Shown here: piece by piece, positions 32,488 through 43,232 of the stretch
Position numbering within the stretch: the first letter of the stretch is position 1
Layout: the number at the start of each line of letters is the position of its first letter
IMG/VR virus record: IMGVR_UViG_3300045988_121401
Reading direction: 5' to 3' (one strand)
Length of the DNA stretch: 55,862 bases
Source of the DNA: a virus
Notes under the pieces: model-generated
The model's database searches: none
What the model was told of the DNA's origin: nothing
What the model saw: only the letters and a program-made list of their open reading frames with translations
Translations under genes and position numbers: made by a program

Positions 32488-34218
32488 TCACCACAGCCTC
32501 CGGGATCCGGCCTTGGAGTTGTTGAGAGCGCGCTGGAGAGCGCCGATCGTGGCAGTGCCGGGTTCCCCGTCGACCCAGTCCGCGAAGTCCCACCCCTGTG
32601 GCAGGTACTCCTTGTGCCAGGCCATGATGAGGAACTGGAGCGTCCTCCACGTGGCTTCTCCGAGGACTCCGTCCTCAGCCAGGCGGGGCGAGTCGTTCAA
32701 GGCGGTCTGAGTGGACGCCGGGACGGCGGCGTTCAGGAACGCCTGAAGCCTGGAGACGGCGGGGCTGCCGTCCTCGTTCAGGACGCCGTCGATCGGGGTC
32801 CCCATGACCTGCTGGAGCCGCCCGATCGTAGCGATCCCGAAGACCCCGTTGCAGATCAGCTCCGATTGGCCGTCGGACTTGTTCTTCTTGCCGGTGTAGG
32901 GGCTCGCCGACGGCGTGGCCGAGGCTGCGGGAGCTGCGGGTGCGGAGGTGACTGCTCCGCCGTTGATCATCCGGTCCCATGCTGAGCGGTCGCGCAGGCG
33001 GTTCAGGTCGAGCGTGCCCGAGTAGCCTGGCAGGCTGCCGTCCTCGGTGTACTGGTGAATGAGCGGCTGACCCCAGTAGGAGACATTAGGCACGGCCGGG
33101 TCCGAGTAGGGCTGCCCGTAGTCCGAGTAGTTCGGACCACCCGCGTACCAGAGCGGGTACTGGGAGGCCACAGCAGACCAGTCGTAGCCGTTCACGGCGC
33201 TGCCGTTCATGTAGATGCCCGGCGTTGAGCCGGTCAGGGACTTCACGGTGTCCAGGAACGTCTTCGCCCAGGAGGGGCCCTGCGCGACGGCGTTGTCCTC
33301 CCAGTCGAGCCACAGGGTGGCCCTGCTGCGGAGGGAGCCGACGGCGGATACGAAGTACCTGGCCTGGGCAGCCGCGTCACCTGGGCGGGCGAAGTGGTAG
33401 AACCCCAGGCGCTTCGAGGCGGCAAGCGTCGCGTTGGCTTGGGAGACCATGTACGGATTGGCGTAGTCGTCGTCCTCGGTCGCCTTGACGATGACGAAGT
33501 CGGCCCAGATCCCTGCCACGTTCAGGCCGGCCTGGTGGCTGGAGATGTCGATCCCGTGAGCGTGCTGCGGCGCGGCCGTCTGGGCGGCCGGGGCGGCCGG
33601 CTTGGCCGGAGCCGACGCCTTCCACTTGGCGAACTGAGGCCACTGCTGGAGGAACTTCGCCTCGTTGAAGCGGTGGCAGGATGTCCACGCGCCGCGCTGG
33701 GTGTGCGGGTGGCTGCTGTAGCGGACGGTGCGGGTCTCCTGGCCCGTGGTGTCGCCGGCGTAGCCGTCTATGCTCCCGTCCTCAGCGATCCACGCCTCGG
33801 ACACGAGCGGGTCGCTGCCACTCTCGACGACGACCACGACGTGGCCGACGCCGCCCTCGTTAGCGGCCGACAGAATGATGTCGCCCACCTGGAAGCCGCC
33901 GTCGGGCGTGAGGTTCTCGTCTGACCAGTGGACCTCGTTGAAGCCGTGCGACTCCATCCCGGCACGCATGTTGCCGGTCCAGTAGTCGTTGATCTCCAGG
34001 AGGGCGGCATGTCCCCACGGCACACCGTAGGTGTGATGGATGCCATAGGAGATGGCACCACACGCCAGGGACGAACAGTCCGCGTTCTGCGGGCTGGAGA
34101 CGCGCCCGCGGGCGTCGGCCGCGGCGTACCACGACCGGCGCTCGGGCTGGCTGTAGCCGACGTTCTCGCTGTCGCAGATGCGACGGGCGATCTCGGCGGT
34201 AACGGATCCTACGGTCAC
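32488..34218 (-). CDS. Endolysin: N-terminal Cys-peptidase (CHAP/NlpC-like), GH25 muramidase, C-terminal peptidoglycan-binding repeats
   Basis: NADCSSLACG...GHVVVVV. HGIDISSHQ...FVIVKATE...GFYHFARP...LWLDWED. Two GxxGxxT...LQ repeats. Confidence 0.85.
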   Translation of the reverse strand: MTVGSVTAEIARRICDSENVGYSQPERRSWYAAADARGRVSSPQNADCSSLACGAISYGIHHTYGVPWGHAALLEINDYWTGNMRAGMESHGFNEVHWSDENLTPDGGFQVGDIILSAANEGGVGHVVVVVESGSDPLVSEAWIAEDGSIDGYAGDTTGQETRTVRYSSHPHTQRGAWTSCHRFNEAKFLQQWPQFAKWKASAPAKPAAPAAQTAAPQHAHGIDISSHQAGLNVAGIWADFVIVKATEDDDYANPYMVSQANATLAASKRLGFYHFARPGDAAAQARYFVSAVGSLRSRATLWLDWEDNAVAQGPSWAKTFLDTVKSLTGSTPGIYMNGSAVNGYDWSAVASQYPLWYAGGPNYSDYGQPYSDPAVPNVSYWGQPLIHQYTEDGSLPGYSGTLDLNRLRDRSAWDRMINGGAVTSAPAAPAASATPSASPYTGKKNKSDGQSELICNGVFGIATIGRLQQVMGTPIDGVLNEDGSPAVSRLQAFLNAAVPASTQTALNDSPRLAEDGVLGEATWRTLQFLIMAWHKEYLPQGWDFADWVDGEPGTATIGALQRALNNSKAGSRRLW

Positions 34219-34370
34219 TTGCTCTCCTTGCTCTCGCTCTTCTCGGCCATGAGGGCCGCTACCTGCTGCTCAGCCACCACGGCTCTGCGGGTCAGGGCGG
34301 CGATCTCCATCGTCAGCGCGTCGATCACGGCGAGCGCGTCGACCTGGCTACTCTGCGGTTCCATTGTCAT
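34215..34370 (-). CDS. Small coiled-coil protein (51 aa), tentative
   Basis: MTMEPQSSQVDALAVIDALTMEIAAL... Overlaps the end of 34348..36255 by about 20 nt and the endolysin start by 4 nt. Confidence 0.3.
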   Translation of the reverse strand: MTMEPQSSQVDALAVIDALTMEIAALTRRAVVAEQQVAALMAEKSESKESK

Positions 34371-36255
34371 TGCTCCAATCTTCTGGGCGAGGTACAGGTC
34401 CATAGTACGTGCCGGGCAGGGACATGTCGTCCCCCGAGGCTGGTTCATCTCCGCCGGGGTCCCCGCCCCCGTTAGGGTTGGGTGGAAGCTCCCACCGAGA
34501 CTTTCGGGAGTCGTCCCGCAGGATCGGCTCGCCATCCTCATCCACGTCCCCGAAGTCGACCATGCGGGCGCCCTTGACAAGGACGTCTACGGCCGCGCCA
34601 GGGTCTCCGGAGACCCGCACCACCCACTCGTCTGGGTTGGACTTGTCCAGCGTCGCCGTAGCGGTGCCCGAGGCGAAGACGACCCACGGGGCCTTGGGAG
34701 AGGCGATCAGGGGCACGTAGTCCGGCAACGCCCACGAGGTGTGCCCGGAGTCGTCCAGCCTCAGGTTCTCCCAGTACTCGAGGCCGTCGTAGGGCGACTC
34801 GGTACAGGCGTGGGACAGCCACATGCCCTTCTCCTTGGTCAACTTCGGGACCGGCATTGTGAACTTCTTGTTACCCGTCATGTGAATGCCGGAGTTATCC
34901 AGGTAGATCCTGGGTTCGAGTCTCCAGGCAAACGCTACTCCGCTGTTGTCTGACCACACCCCAGTGTTCTTGTTTCCCAGCATGGCGAGGCTGACCCAGT
35001 TACGGCCCACTCCCAGGTAGGAGAAGTTGTTGTCCGAGATCTTCCGGTAGGCGATCTCCCCGTCGCTATAGGCTAAGGACGCCGAGTTCACCCGGGATGA
35101 GAACCCGAACTTGCTCAGCGCCAAGGTCCCCCAGTTCGCGTTAGGACCGATCGAGATCGACACCTGCTGGGTACCCAGGACGAGGGACGGCCGCTCAGCG
35201 GCCCCCTTCGGAGCCGCCGACTGCAACGTGATCGACGGGGAGCGGGTCTGAGAGTCCCGCTGGATGAAGAGTCCGCCGTCCTCCCAGTCGTCCTCCAGGG
35301 AGTTGAACACTAGGCCGCACCCGATCTTCGCCCCGGTACGGGAGGTGTCCGTGCCGGTCTGTGCCCACACGATGTCGTCGAAGTAGCACTCCGACCACGT
35401 GTCGCGCCGCCCGAGGCGGCCGTTGATGATGATGTCCCCGTTCCACGCGTTGATGTCCAAGGCCTTCCAGCCGTTGGACGCGTACACCTGCATGCCGGAG
35501 TTGGAGATCTTCATTCCGCGATTAGGGGTCCGATTGGTCTGGATCGTCGCCCCGGTGATGACCATGCCGTCGATAGCGCCCGCCTGGATCTTGTTGGCGG
35601 TGATCGCGTTGGCAGCGATCATCCCCGCGTGGATCTGCTCGTACTCACCCTGCTTAGCGGTCACGATCTCCGACCACACGTGGTGGGCGGTGGCGTTCAC
35701 GAAGGAGGCGTTACCGGTGACGGTGAGCTGGTCCGTGGTGATCTCCAGGAAGCGGCCGACGTCGGAGGCGATCTTGCGGGCAGTGACCTCGGCGATGTTG
35801 GCGGCGCCGGCCGTCAGCTTTCCGACGTCGAGGTTGCTGATCTGCTCACTCGTGACCTTCATCCGTTCCCAGTGCGCGCCGTCCCAGCGCCACTCCGCCG
35901 TGATGTTCAGGGTCTGAGCGTCCTGGACGCGGCAGGTGTCGCCAACGGCGGTGCCTGAGAACGGCGGCACGGTCTCAGAATCGCCACGGATGTAGAAGAC
36001 CTCCCCGAAGGATGTCTTGACGCGGCGCACCGCGGACTCCATCGTGGCGGCGGTCAGCTTGGAGACCGTCTTGGAGTAGTCGTCCCCGGCCTCCTCCCAC
36101 TTCCACCCCTTGGGGGAGTAGACGACGGTTGAGCCCGGAGCGTCCCGCGAGTTGGACGGGGACGAGTGTCCGGGGGCGGCGAACGCCGGGACGGTTACGT
36201 ACTGGGCGCCGCGTGCCCCCTCGCCGGCGAGGAACGGCTTCTTCGGGCCCGGCAT
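34348..36255 (-). CDS. Minor tail protein / fibre
   Basis: 635 aa in the tail module. Repeated AANAITANKIQAGAIDG-type segments. Confidence 0.7.
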   Translation of the reverse strand: MPGPKKPFLAGEGARGAQYVTVPAFAAPGHSSPSNSRDAPGSTVVYSPKGWKWEEAGDDYSKTVSKLTAATMESAVRRVKTSFGEVFYIRGDSETVPPFSGTAVGDTCRVQDAQTLNITAEWRWDGAHWERMKVTSEQISNLDVGKLTAGAANIAEVTARKIASDVGRFLEITTDQLTVTGNASFVNATAHHVWSEIVTAKQGEYEQIHAGMIAANAITANKIQAGAIDGMVITGATIQTNRTPNRGMKISNSGMQVYASNGWKALDINAWNGDIIINGRLGRRDTWSECYFDDIVWAQTGTDTSRTGAKIGCGLVFNSLEDDWEDGGLFIQRDSQTRSPSITLQSAAPKGAAERPSLVLGTQQVSISIGPNANWGTLALSKFGFSSRVNSASLAYSDGEIAYRKISDNNFSYLGVGRNWVSLAMLGNKNTGVWSDNSGVAFAWRLEPRIYLDNSGIHMTGNKKFTMPVPKLTKEKGMWLSHACTESPYDGLEYWENLRLDDSGHTSWALPDYVPLIASPKAPWVVFASGTATATLDKSNPDEWVVRVSGDPGAAVDVLVKGARMVDFGDVDEDGEPILRDDSRKSRWELPPNPNGGGDPGGDEPASGDDMSLPGTYYGPVPRPEDWSNDNGTAE

Positions 36256-36959
36256 TACAGCGCCCTGATGATGTAGATCGTGCCGAGGTACGGCTGGCGC
36301 ACGTCAATCGGCGCGCCCGAGCCGGTGGAGGCCGCGATCGGGCTACGGCCAGATTCGTTGTTGCCGGTGGACGTCAGGTAGGTGTAGCCCGACGTGCCGA
36401 TGCCGATGTCCTGGTTAGCGGTGCGCGCCTGGAAGCGGCGGTTCTGGTCCTCCACCTCACCGATATTGTGGGTGTGCGCGGGCAGCTGGTCCACCGTCAG
36501 GTTGATGGTCGTGGCGCCACCCTTGTCGTTCAGGTCGTACTTTGAGCCGTTGCCGGCGCCGACCGGGACGCGCTCCCGGAAGTCCGGCACCCGGAAGTTG
36601 GAGACCGTGGTCGAACCGAACTTGGTGCCGATCACGCGGAACAGCGTCGGGTAGGTGTTGCGATCAACCAGGCGCCCGTCGCAGCGGATCCACCCCTCGG
36701 GGTCCGCGTCGGCGCCGTACATGGCGATGGTGCCGATCGGGATGGCCTTGTTCATCATCGTCTTGATGCCCTCGGCGATCGTCTGGACCTGCTTCAGGAT
36801 CTCGGCGGGCTGGCCGTTAACCTTCGTCTCCAGGTTGGTCACGCCCTGGGTGGCGGCGCTGATGCCGTCCTCGATGTGGATGAGGTCGGCAGCAGTTATG
36901 CGGGTCTCGTTCGCGCCGAACCCGTCCCTCCACTGCTTAGCGGCTGCGTATGGCTGCAT
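36255..36959 (-). CDS. Tail-collar domain fibre protein
   Basis: Trimmed to ATG 36959 (TAATG overlap). PIGTIAMYG...PEGWIRCDG...YPTLFRVIGTKFG...FRVPDFRERVPVG...LPAHTH matches the phage tail-collar signature. Confidence 0.75.
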   Translation of the reverse strand: MQPYAAAKQWRDGFGANETRITAADLIHIEDGISAATQGVTNLETKVNGQPAEILKQVQTIAEGIKTMMNKAIPIGTIAMYGADADPEGWIRCDGRLVDRNTYPTLFRVIGTKFGSTTVSNFRVPDFRERVPVGAGNGSKYDLNDKGGATTINLTVDQLPAHTHNIGEVEDQNRRFQARTANQDIGIGTSGYTYLTSTGNNESGRSPIAASTGSGAPIDVRQPYLGTIYIIRAL

Positions 36960-39031
36960 TAGTCGTCTCCTTTGGCTCTGAGGACGAAGATCCGCCCGTC
37001 GGGTGCGATCCACATGCTGGACCCTATTGTCCCACTATCCGGCGGGACGGGTCCTGACGTTACGAGGTTGGTGGCCACCTGGGTCATGGCCTCGGTGAGG
37101 TGCTTCATCTCCTTGAGCGTGCCCTCGCGAGCCGCCTGCTGCATGGCGTCGGAGTTCTTGAGCTTCTCCTCGACCTGCTTGACGATGGCGTCCGTGTCGA
37201 CGTTCTGCTTGAGCGTTACCCGGGCGCCGGGACCCCACTCCGAGCGGTTGCCGGCCCGGTCGTAGGACCTCAGGCGCACCTCCCACTCACGGATCTCCAG
37301 TCCCGCGAGGTTGGTGCGCTGAAGCGGCACCGGCATGTCCGCGAATTTCTGGGGCGTCAGGCCAGGCTCACGCACCGACACCTCGATGCCCGCGAAGTCG
37401 GAAGGCATGCCCGCCCCGCCGGTGCCCATGCCGTTCCAGTAGATGCCGAGCACGCCTAGGGTCTGAGTGAGGACCGGCGCCGTCGGCACCGGCGGCGGAT
37501 CGGTGTCGATCGCCATCGTGGCCTCGACCTCCTGCGACCACGTGCCGGTTGTGTCCGCGGTCACGGCACGGACCTTGAACGCGTACTTCAGGCCGGCCGT
37601 CAGGTTGGCGATCTGGGCCTGCGTCTCCTTGGAGGTGCTCATCGGGCCGGACAGGAACGGCAGCTGACGCGCCGAGATCTCATAGCCGGTGACGTCCACG
37701 GCTACTCCCAGGGCGTCGGTCTCGACGGGGGACCACTTCAGGGTTGCGACGGCGCGAGGCCAGCCCTGATCGTTGATCACCACGTCCGAGGTGACGACAA
37801 GCCCCTGAGGAGGCACCGGCGCGTACTTGCTCTTCGGTTTCTCCGGCCGAGGGTTCTTCCCGTCGGAGTTGACTGCCCCGAGAATGCCTTTCTGCCGCTT
37901 GGCGAGGCGCGACAGGACGTCGTCCAGCACGGTGCCGAAGGTCGTGTGGCCCTGGCAGCGGCCGTTCTCCGTCACCGAGATGGAGATCTGCGAGACCCGC
38001 ATGCGCTCCAGGCCATTGGACCGCTCCACGCGGATCCAGTCGCCCAGGGCGTAGTCCTCGAAGGGAAGCCACTGAAGGTCGTCGGCCTCCCACTCGCGCT
38101 TGACCTCCGCCGCCGGGGAGGCGCCGGTCTTCATAGTCAGAGCGGCAACCCTGCGGGCGGTGGCCTCCAGGGTCACGCCGCCGGCGTCCACAACCTTCTC
38201 GGTGCGGGGCATGCCCGCCGGCGCCTCAGGGTTGGGGAAGGTCCAGGTCTTGCCCTCGTCCCCCTTCACCAGGACGTGAGTGCACAGCTGCGACCAGTCC
38301 AGCTTCTCCGGGGCGGACTTCGTGCCGGCCGCCAGGCGCCACACGACGTCGAGGTTGTCGCGCTTGAGCGCGGCGTCGGGGTTGTAGACCTGGAGAGTGC
38401 GGCCCCTCCAGCGGTAGTCGAGCATGCCCATGTTCATGAGCGAGTCCAGGATGGACTTGATCGACACCGACGGGTCGAAGGCGATGGTCGTGATCAGCGC
38501 CCAGCGCTGCCCGGCTGAGTCGGACGTGGCGGACACGTCCAGGTCCAGGCCCTTGCCCCAGCCGCGCTTGACGGCTGCGTCCCACACGGTGCGCAGGATC
38601 TCGCCGGCGTTGCGGTCGCGGAAGCGGTACTTGCCGTCCTTGTCCATTGCCGCGAAGGGGACGTCCCACACGAGGGCGCCCTCCAGGCGGTGCCCGATGT
38701 GGATCAGGTCCGCGTGTCGGTGCTCGGTGCCGTCGTCGACCAGGTTCCACTCAGAGGACAGGTTGATGAACCGAGCGTTGTACGGCTCGGACCAGATCTG
38801 CCCGTCGTAGCAGAGCTCGACGGCGAGCTCCACGTCCGAGTCCAGCAGGGTCCCGCGTACGCCGAGGTCCCCGTTCGGGTAGGACAGGGTGAGCGACGGC
38901 GTGGCCTGGCGCGGGCACGTGAACGTCCCGGCCAAGGCGTCTGGGAGCACGCCGAGGCGGGCTCCGGTGGCCTGGTCGTAGGCGACGTAGCGCATGGCCA
39001 GGCCGCGCGCGAATGCGGGATTGCGCGGCAT
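36959..39031 (-). CDS. Minor tail protein (Tal-like, with FN3-like repeats)
   Basis: 690 aa immediately after the Dit-like gene. 1-nt TGATG overlap. Confidence 0.7.
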   Translation of the reverse strand: MPRNPAFARGLAMRYVAYDQATGARLGVLPDALAGTFTCPRQATPSLTLSYPNGDLGVRGTLLDSDVELAVELCYDGQIWSEPYNARFINLSSEWNLVDDGTEHRHADLIHIGHRLEGALVWDVPFAAMDKDGKYRFRDRNAGEILRTVWDAAVKRGWGKGLDLDVSATSDSAGQRWALITTIAFDPSVSIKSILDSLMNMGMLDYRWRGRTLQVYNPDAALKRDNLDVVWRLAAGTKSAPEKLDWSQLCTHVLVKGDEGKTWTFPNPEAPAGMPRTEKVVDAGGVTLEATARRVAALTMKTGASPAAEVKREWEADDLQWLPFEDYALGDWIRVERSNGLERMRVSQISISVTENGRCQGHTTFGTVLDDVLSRLAKRQKGILGAVNSDGKNPRPEKPKSKYAPVPPQGLVVTSDVVINDQGWPRAVATLKWSPVETDALGVAVDVTGYEISARQLPFLSGPMSTSKETQAQIANLTAGLKYAFKVRAVTADTTGTWSQEVEATMAIDTDPPPVPTAPVLTQTLGVLGIYWNGMGTGGAGMPSDFAGIEVSVREPGLTPQKFADMPVPLQRTNLAGLEIREWEVRLRSYDRAGNRSEWGPGARVTLKQNVDTDAIVKQVEEKLKNSDAMQQAAREGTLKEMKHLTEAMTQVATNLVTSGPVPPDSGTIGSSMWIAPDGRIFVLRAKGDD

Positions 39032-39846
39032 CAGTAGGCCATCCTTCCGCGGAAGCGGCCGGTCGTGCCGGTCAGCGTCATCGAGATGCGGCCGTCAGCG
39101 CTGGGCGTGGCCCGGAAGCCCCCAGGACTCATGGAGATCTCGCCGTCGGCGGACCTAGATCCCGGGGGGGCCGTCCAGTCCTGGGAGAGAGTCTTCCAGG
39201 CCCGGTAGTTGGCGATGTCCACCAGCAGGCGCTCCCCGCTGTTCAGGGTGCCGGTGAAGGTGAACGAGGTGCCCGAGACGTTGTCCTTGACCGTACCGGT
39301 AGGGGCGGTCGGCTCCAGGAGGAGCTTCCCGTCCGGGATCGGCATCACGCATCCGTTGAACTTCGACATGTCATGCAGGTGGTCCACGATGTCTACCGTT
39401 CCACGCCACAGGCCGGAGGCGATCTCGTAGGTAACTGCGAACGTGATCGTCTCCGAGTGCGGGTCGAGGACCGGCTCGACGGACGACGTCGGCCGGACCC
39501 GGGCCTCGCGGACGGGCTGCCCGGCCGGGGTGTACTGGAGCGTCTGCATGCGGCCGAAAGCGAACAGCCGACGCAGGAGGTTCTGGTAGTTCGTCTCCAG
39601 CTGGGCCAACCCGCCCTTGCAGCGAGAGCCTTCACGGTTGTCGGCCCACGAGAACACTGTGAACTTCAGGGCGACAGTGGCGGACTTGGTGACCGACGGC
39701 GCGATGGGGAGGATCCCGAACCGGCCGGGGATGTCCACTGAGGCGTTCCAGGGCTCTCCACGGGTCGACAGCGCCGTTCCCTCGGTAAGCACCCAGCGTC
39801 CGAGAGGGTCATCCAGATCGGTCCCGTCTAAGGAGTAGATGGCCAT
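39031..39846 (-). CDS. Distal tail protein (Dit-like)
   Basis: 271 aa directly downstream of the tape measure gene. Confidence 0.6.
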   Translation of the reverse strand: MAIYSLDGTDLDDPLGRWVLTEGTALSTRGEPWNASVDIPGRFGILPIAPSVTKSATVALKFTVFSWADNREGSRCKGGLAQLETNYQNLLRRLFAFGRMQTLQYTPAGQPVREARVRPTSSVEPVLDPHSETITFAVTYEIASGLWRGTVDIVDHLHDMSKFNGCVMPIPDGKLLLEPTAPTGTVKDNVSGTSFTFTGTLNSGERLLVDIANYRAWKTLSQDWTAPPGSRSADGEISMSPGGFRATPSADGRISMTLTGTTGRFRGRMAY

Positions 39847-39862
39847 GGGCGGGTGACCTTTC

Positions 39863-42800
39863 TTACACGATGGCGGCTAGCCGCAGGCCCTCAGCGACCT
39901 CATCGCGAGTCTTGCTGTCAGGCTTCGCCTGCGGATAGTGATTAGTTATGTTGATTGTAGCGCCTCCAAGGTTGCTCTTATGGAACGGCTCCGAGGCGGA
40001 GATCGAGCCGGAGGACGTCACCCTCCCGGTTGAGGCGCGGGCGGGGAGCGGGCGCACGTTCGCGCTCAGCCCGATCGTGGCGGGCTTGGCAATGTCCTCT
40101 GTCAGGCCGGCCAGCGACTTGCGGACGGTGCCGTACTGGCTCTCCAGGCCCTTGACGAAGCCCTTCATGATCAGCTCACCGGCGGGGGTGAGCAGGACCT
40201 TGTCGACAGGCTCAGGACCCTTCCAGGACGTCAGCTTGCTGGTCAAGTCTCCCAGCGTCGACTTCACCGAGCCGAACATGTTCTTGATGCCGTCGATCAG
40301 GCCGTTGATGATGTTCCTACCCGCGCTGATCAGCCAGGACCCCGCGTTGGAGAAGATGTTCTTGATGCTGTTGGGCAGGTTCCTCACAAAGTTGAGGGCG
40401 CGGTTCACTCCGTTGGAGATCGTGGACGTGAGGCTGTTCCAGGCCGCGGAAGCGTTGGCCTGGATCGTGTTCCACCCGTTGGAGATGAAGTTGCGGACGT
40501 TGTTGATCCATCCGGTGACCGTGCTCAGGATGCTCTTACAGGCGTTGATGATCGCGGTCCAGATGTAGTTCCACGCCGCCGTGGCGATGCCTCCGAGCGT
40601 CGCACCGAACGCCTGGAAGGCGAACTTGATCGCGTTCCAGATGACGCTGGCAATCTGCTCGATGCCGGTCCACACCCGAGACCAGTCGCCGGAGATCAGC
40701 CCGAGGGCGATGTTGATGATGCCCTTGATCGTGTTGATCGCCCCGGAGACGACCGTCATGATCAGCTGCCAGGTCGCCACCATGTAGGGCGCCATGATCT
40801 GCATCGTGGCGCCGACCAGCTGAATCGCTGGAATGAGCGCCTCCGCGATCTGCTGGACGATCGGTACCAGCAGCGGGAGGATCTGCGACAGCATGTCCGC
40901 CACGATCGGACCAAGCACGGCAACGAGCTCGGCCAGAACCGGACCGAGAGCCTGGATCGTCGGCAGCAGCGCGGCCGCCAGCTGCTCGATGATCGGAGTG
41001 AGGATCGGCACCAGCTGCTGGATGATCGGGGCCAACTGCTCAACGAGGGCCGCGATCAGGGGAGCGATGGAGGCCAGTAGCTGCCCGCCGATAGTCGCAA
41101 GGGCTCCGAAGGCAGTACCAAGCGCAGGCATGGCCGGGGCAAGGGCCTGTACGGCCGTCAGCACGCCCTGGAAGAACGCCACCAGTCCGCCCTGGAAGGC
41201 CGGGTTCTGGAGCGCCGCCGAGATGCCGTTCAGCCCGACCTCGATGATCTGGCCGACCAGCGGAAGGATCGTGGACAGGGTGGGTGCCAGCGACACGAAC
41301 GCCTGGCCGAGGGAGCCGACGCCCGAGAACGCGTGCGTGGCCGCCTCACCCATCGCCGAGAAGATCGTCGTCAGAGTGCCCTGCCACAGCGGCCCGTTGA
41401 CCGCCTTGTTGGCCCGGTCCAGGCCGTCGGCGATGGCGCTCAGAGGCGTGGAGCCCGCGGCCATGGCGGAGAAGACCCCGCCCAGGATTCCGGCCAGGTC
41501 GAAGACGATGTCCTTCAGGGTGCCGAAGGTCTTGGCGGCGGACTGGATGGCCTTGTCCATCTCGCCCGAGGCGGTCTTGGCCTGCACCCAGCTCTGGAAC
41601 TTGAGGGCGACGTTGTTGGCCCACTCCGCGATGGACGGCAGGTACTTAGCACCAGTCTCCCCGAGGGACAGGATCGCGTCCGTGAACGCCGCGGCCCCGA
41701 CGCCGCCGATGTCCATGGCCGCTGCCAGGTAGCCCAGCGACTGCTGGAACCCTGGTAGGTGCTCCTGGGCCACTGAGGCGACGGCGGCGGTCATCGTTCC
41801 CATGGAGGACGCGACCGCGTTGATCGCCGGCGTCAGGGCGTCCAGGCCGGCGGTGATGAACTCGCGTACCGCCCCCTCGGCCTCGCCCCAGAACGACGTG
41901 GAGATCGACTCCTGGAGCGCGGTGAACGACGGCCCTAGGTCCTCCAGGACCGTGGAGGCATTCTTCATGGCGACCACGAAGATGCCGATGCCGGCGGCGG
42001 CCGCGCCCAGGATGCCGGGCATGGCGAGCAGGGCCGGGAGCGTGTGGGCGATGCCCACGCCGAACTGGGAGATCGTGCCGAGGCTGGCCCCGACGATGGA
42101 GGCGAGCCCGAGGACGGCTGTGCCCACGCTGGCCATCTTCACGGAGAAGGTGTCCAGGTTGGTGAAGATGTCCTTCAGGCTATTCTTCAGGTTGCTGAAG
42201 ATGTTCCCGCCGGCCAGGGCCTTGAGCTGGGTAGCGACCTTGGCCAGCGACGCCTTTGACAGCCGGACGCTGATGTCGATGTAGCGCGGCTTCTTGGTCA
42301 GCCGATTCAGGTCGAAGCGGGCCTTCCCGTCGTCAAGGTCGACGTTGACGGTGGCCTTGCCGTCGAGCTTGTTCAGCTCGTGCTTCAGCTTTTTCTTGGA
42401 CGCCTCGGACAGGTGGGCGTGGGCCTCGACGTCCCCGTCGATCCTCTTGAGCTGTTCCTTGATCTTGGCGCGGGTAGCGCTGTCCAGCTCGGCCCCGGCC
42501 TTCAGCTTCGCGTCGATCTTGGAGATCTGCTCCTTGATCTTGCGCTGGGCAGCCTTCTCCAGGGACGCGTCGACCTTCAGGTCGGACTTGATGTTGGCGA
42601 TCTTCTCCTTGAGCTCGGCAACGTCCTTGGCCTTGATGTCGACACGGGCGTCAATGTCCGCCTCGGTAGCCTCGATAGCCTTGAGCGCCTTCTTGCGGGA
42701 CACCTCGTCGATGTCAACGCGGGCCTTGATCGCGGCCTTCATCTCGTCGAGCTCGCGGCCCATCTTGGCCACCGCGTTGTCGTCCAGGACCGGCTTGACC

Positions 42801-43132
42801 GGCGTGCGCCACTCGGCCCGACGGAGCTTCTGCTTGATCTCCTCCAGGTCGCGGGCGGAGATCCCGACGTCGGGCGACGCCTTCGTGCGGGAGATGGCCG
42901 CCTCGATGCGGCGCAGGTCCTTCGGGTCGATCTTGGCGTTGACCTGCAGCACGAGCCCGTCAAGAGCGTCCTTGACGGAGTCACGCATCTCGCGCGCCCA
43001 CTTCTCGGCTGCGCGCTCGATCCGCTTGCCGATTTTCTTGAGGCTCTTCTCGATGCCTCGCTCAGCGTCGCCGCGGAAGTCGCGCGCGTCAGCGCCGACC
43101 TCTACGACTACCTCGCCGATCTTGTCTGCCAC
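39863..43132 (-). CDS. Tape measure protein
   Basis: 1089 aa, GTG start with GGGAGGG SD. Coiled-coil N-terminus, Gly/Ala-rich hydrophobic central repeats. Confidence 0.9.
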   Translation of the reverse strand: MADKIGEVVVEVGADARDFRGDAERGIEKSLKKIGKRIERAAEKWAREMRDSVKDALDGLVLQVNAKIDPKDLRRIEAAISRTKASPDVGISARDLEEIKQKLRRAEWRTPVKPVLDDNAVAKMGRELDEMKAAIKARVDIDEVSRKKALKAIEATEADIDARVDIKAKDVAELKEKIANIKSDLKVDASLEKAAQRKIKEQISKIDAKLKAGAELDSATRAKIKEQLKRIDGDVEAHAHLSEASKKKLKHELNKLDGKATVNVDLDDGKARFDLNRLTKKPRYIDISVRLSKASLAKVATQLKALAGGNIFSNLKNSLKDIFTNLDTFSVKMASVGTAVLGLASIVGASLGTISQFGVGIAHTLPALLAMPGILGAAAAGIGIFVVAMKNASTVLEDLGPSFTALQESISTSFWGEAEGAVREFITAGLDALTPAINAVASSMGTMTAAVASVAQEHLPGFQQSLGYLAAAMDIGGVGAAAFTDAILSLGETGAKYLPSIAEWANNVALKFQSWVQAKTASGEMDKAIQSAAKTFGTLKDIVFDLAGILGGVFSAMAAGSTPLSAIADGLDRANKAVNGPLWQGTLTTIFSAMGEAATHAFSGVGSLGQAFVSLAPTLSTILPLVGQIIEVGLNGISAALQNPAFQGGLVAFFQGVLTAVQALAPAMPALGTAFGALATIGGQLLASIAPLIAALVEQLAPIIQQLVPILTPIIEQLAAALLPTIQALGPVLAELVAVLGPIVADMLSQILPLLVPIVQQIAEALIPAIQLVGATMQIMAPYMVATWQLIMTVVSGAINTIKGIINIALGLISGDWSRVWTGIEQIASVIWNAIKFAFQAFGATLGGIATAAWNYIWTAIINACKSILSTVTGWINNVRNFISNGWNTIQANASAAWNSLTSTISNGVNRALNFVRNLPNSIKNIFSNAGSWLISAGRNIINGLIDGIKNMFGSVKSTLGDLTSKLTSWKGPEPVDKVLLTPAGELIMKGFVKGLESQYGTVRKSLAGLTEDIAKPATIGLSANVRPLPARASTGRVTSSGSISASEPFHKSNLGGATINITNHYPQAKPDSKTRDEVAEGLRLAAIV

Positions 43133-43232
43133 GGGCTACCCTCCCCGCTCGTACGTCGAGCGGGCGGCATCGCGGCCCGACTCCTGTCTGAGGCCATGAT
43201 ACCGCCCGCATAGGCGTGCCCTATAGGTGCTG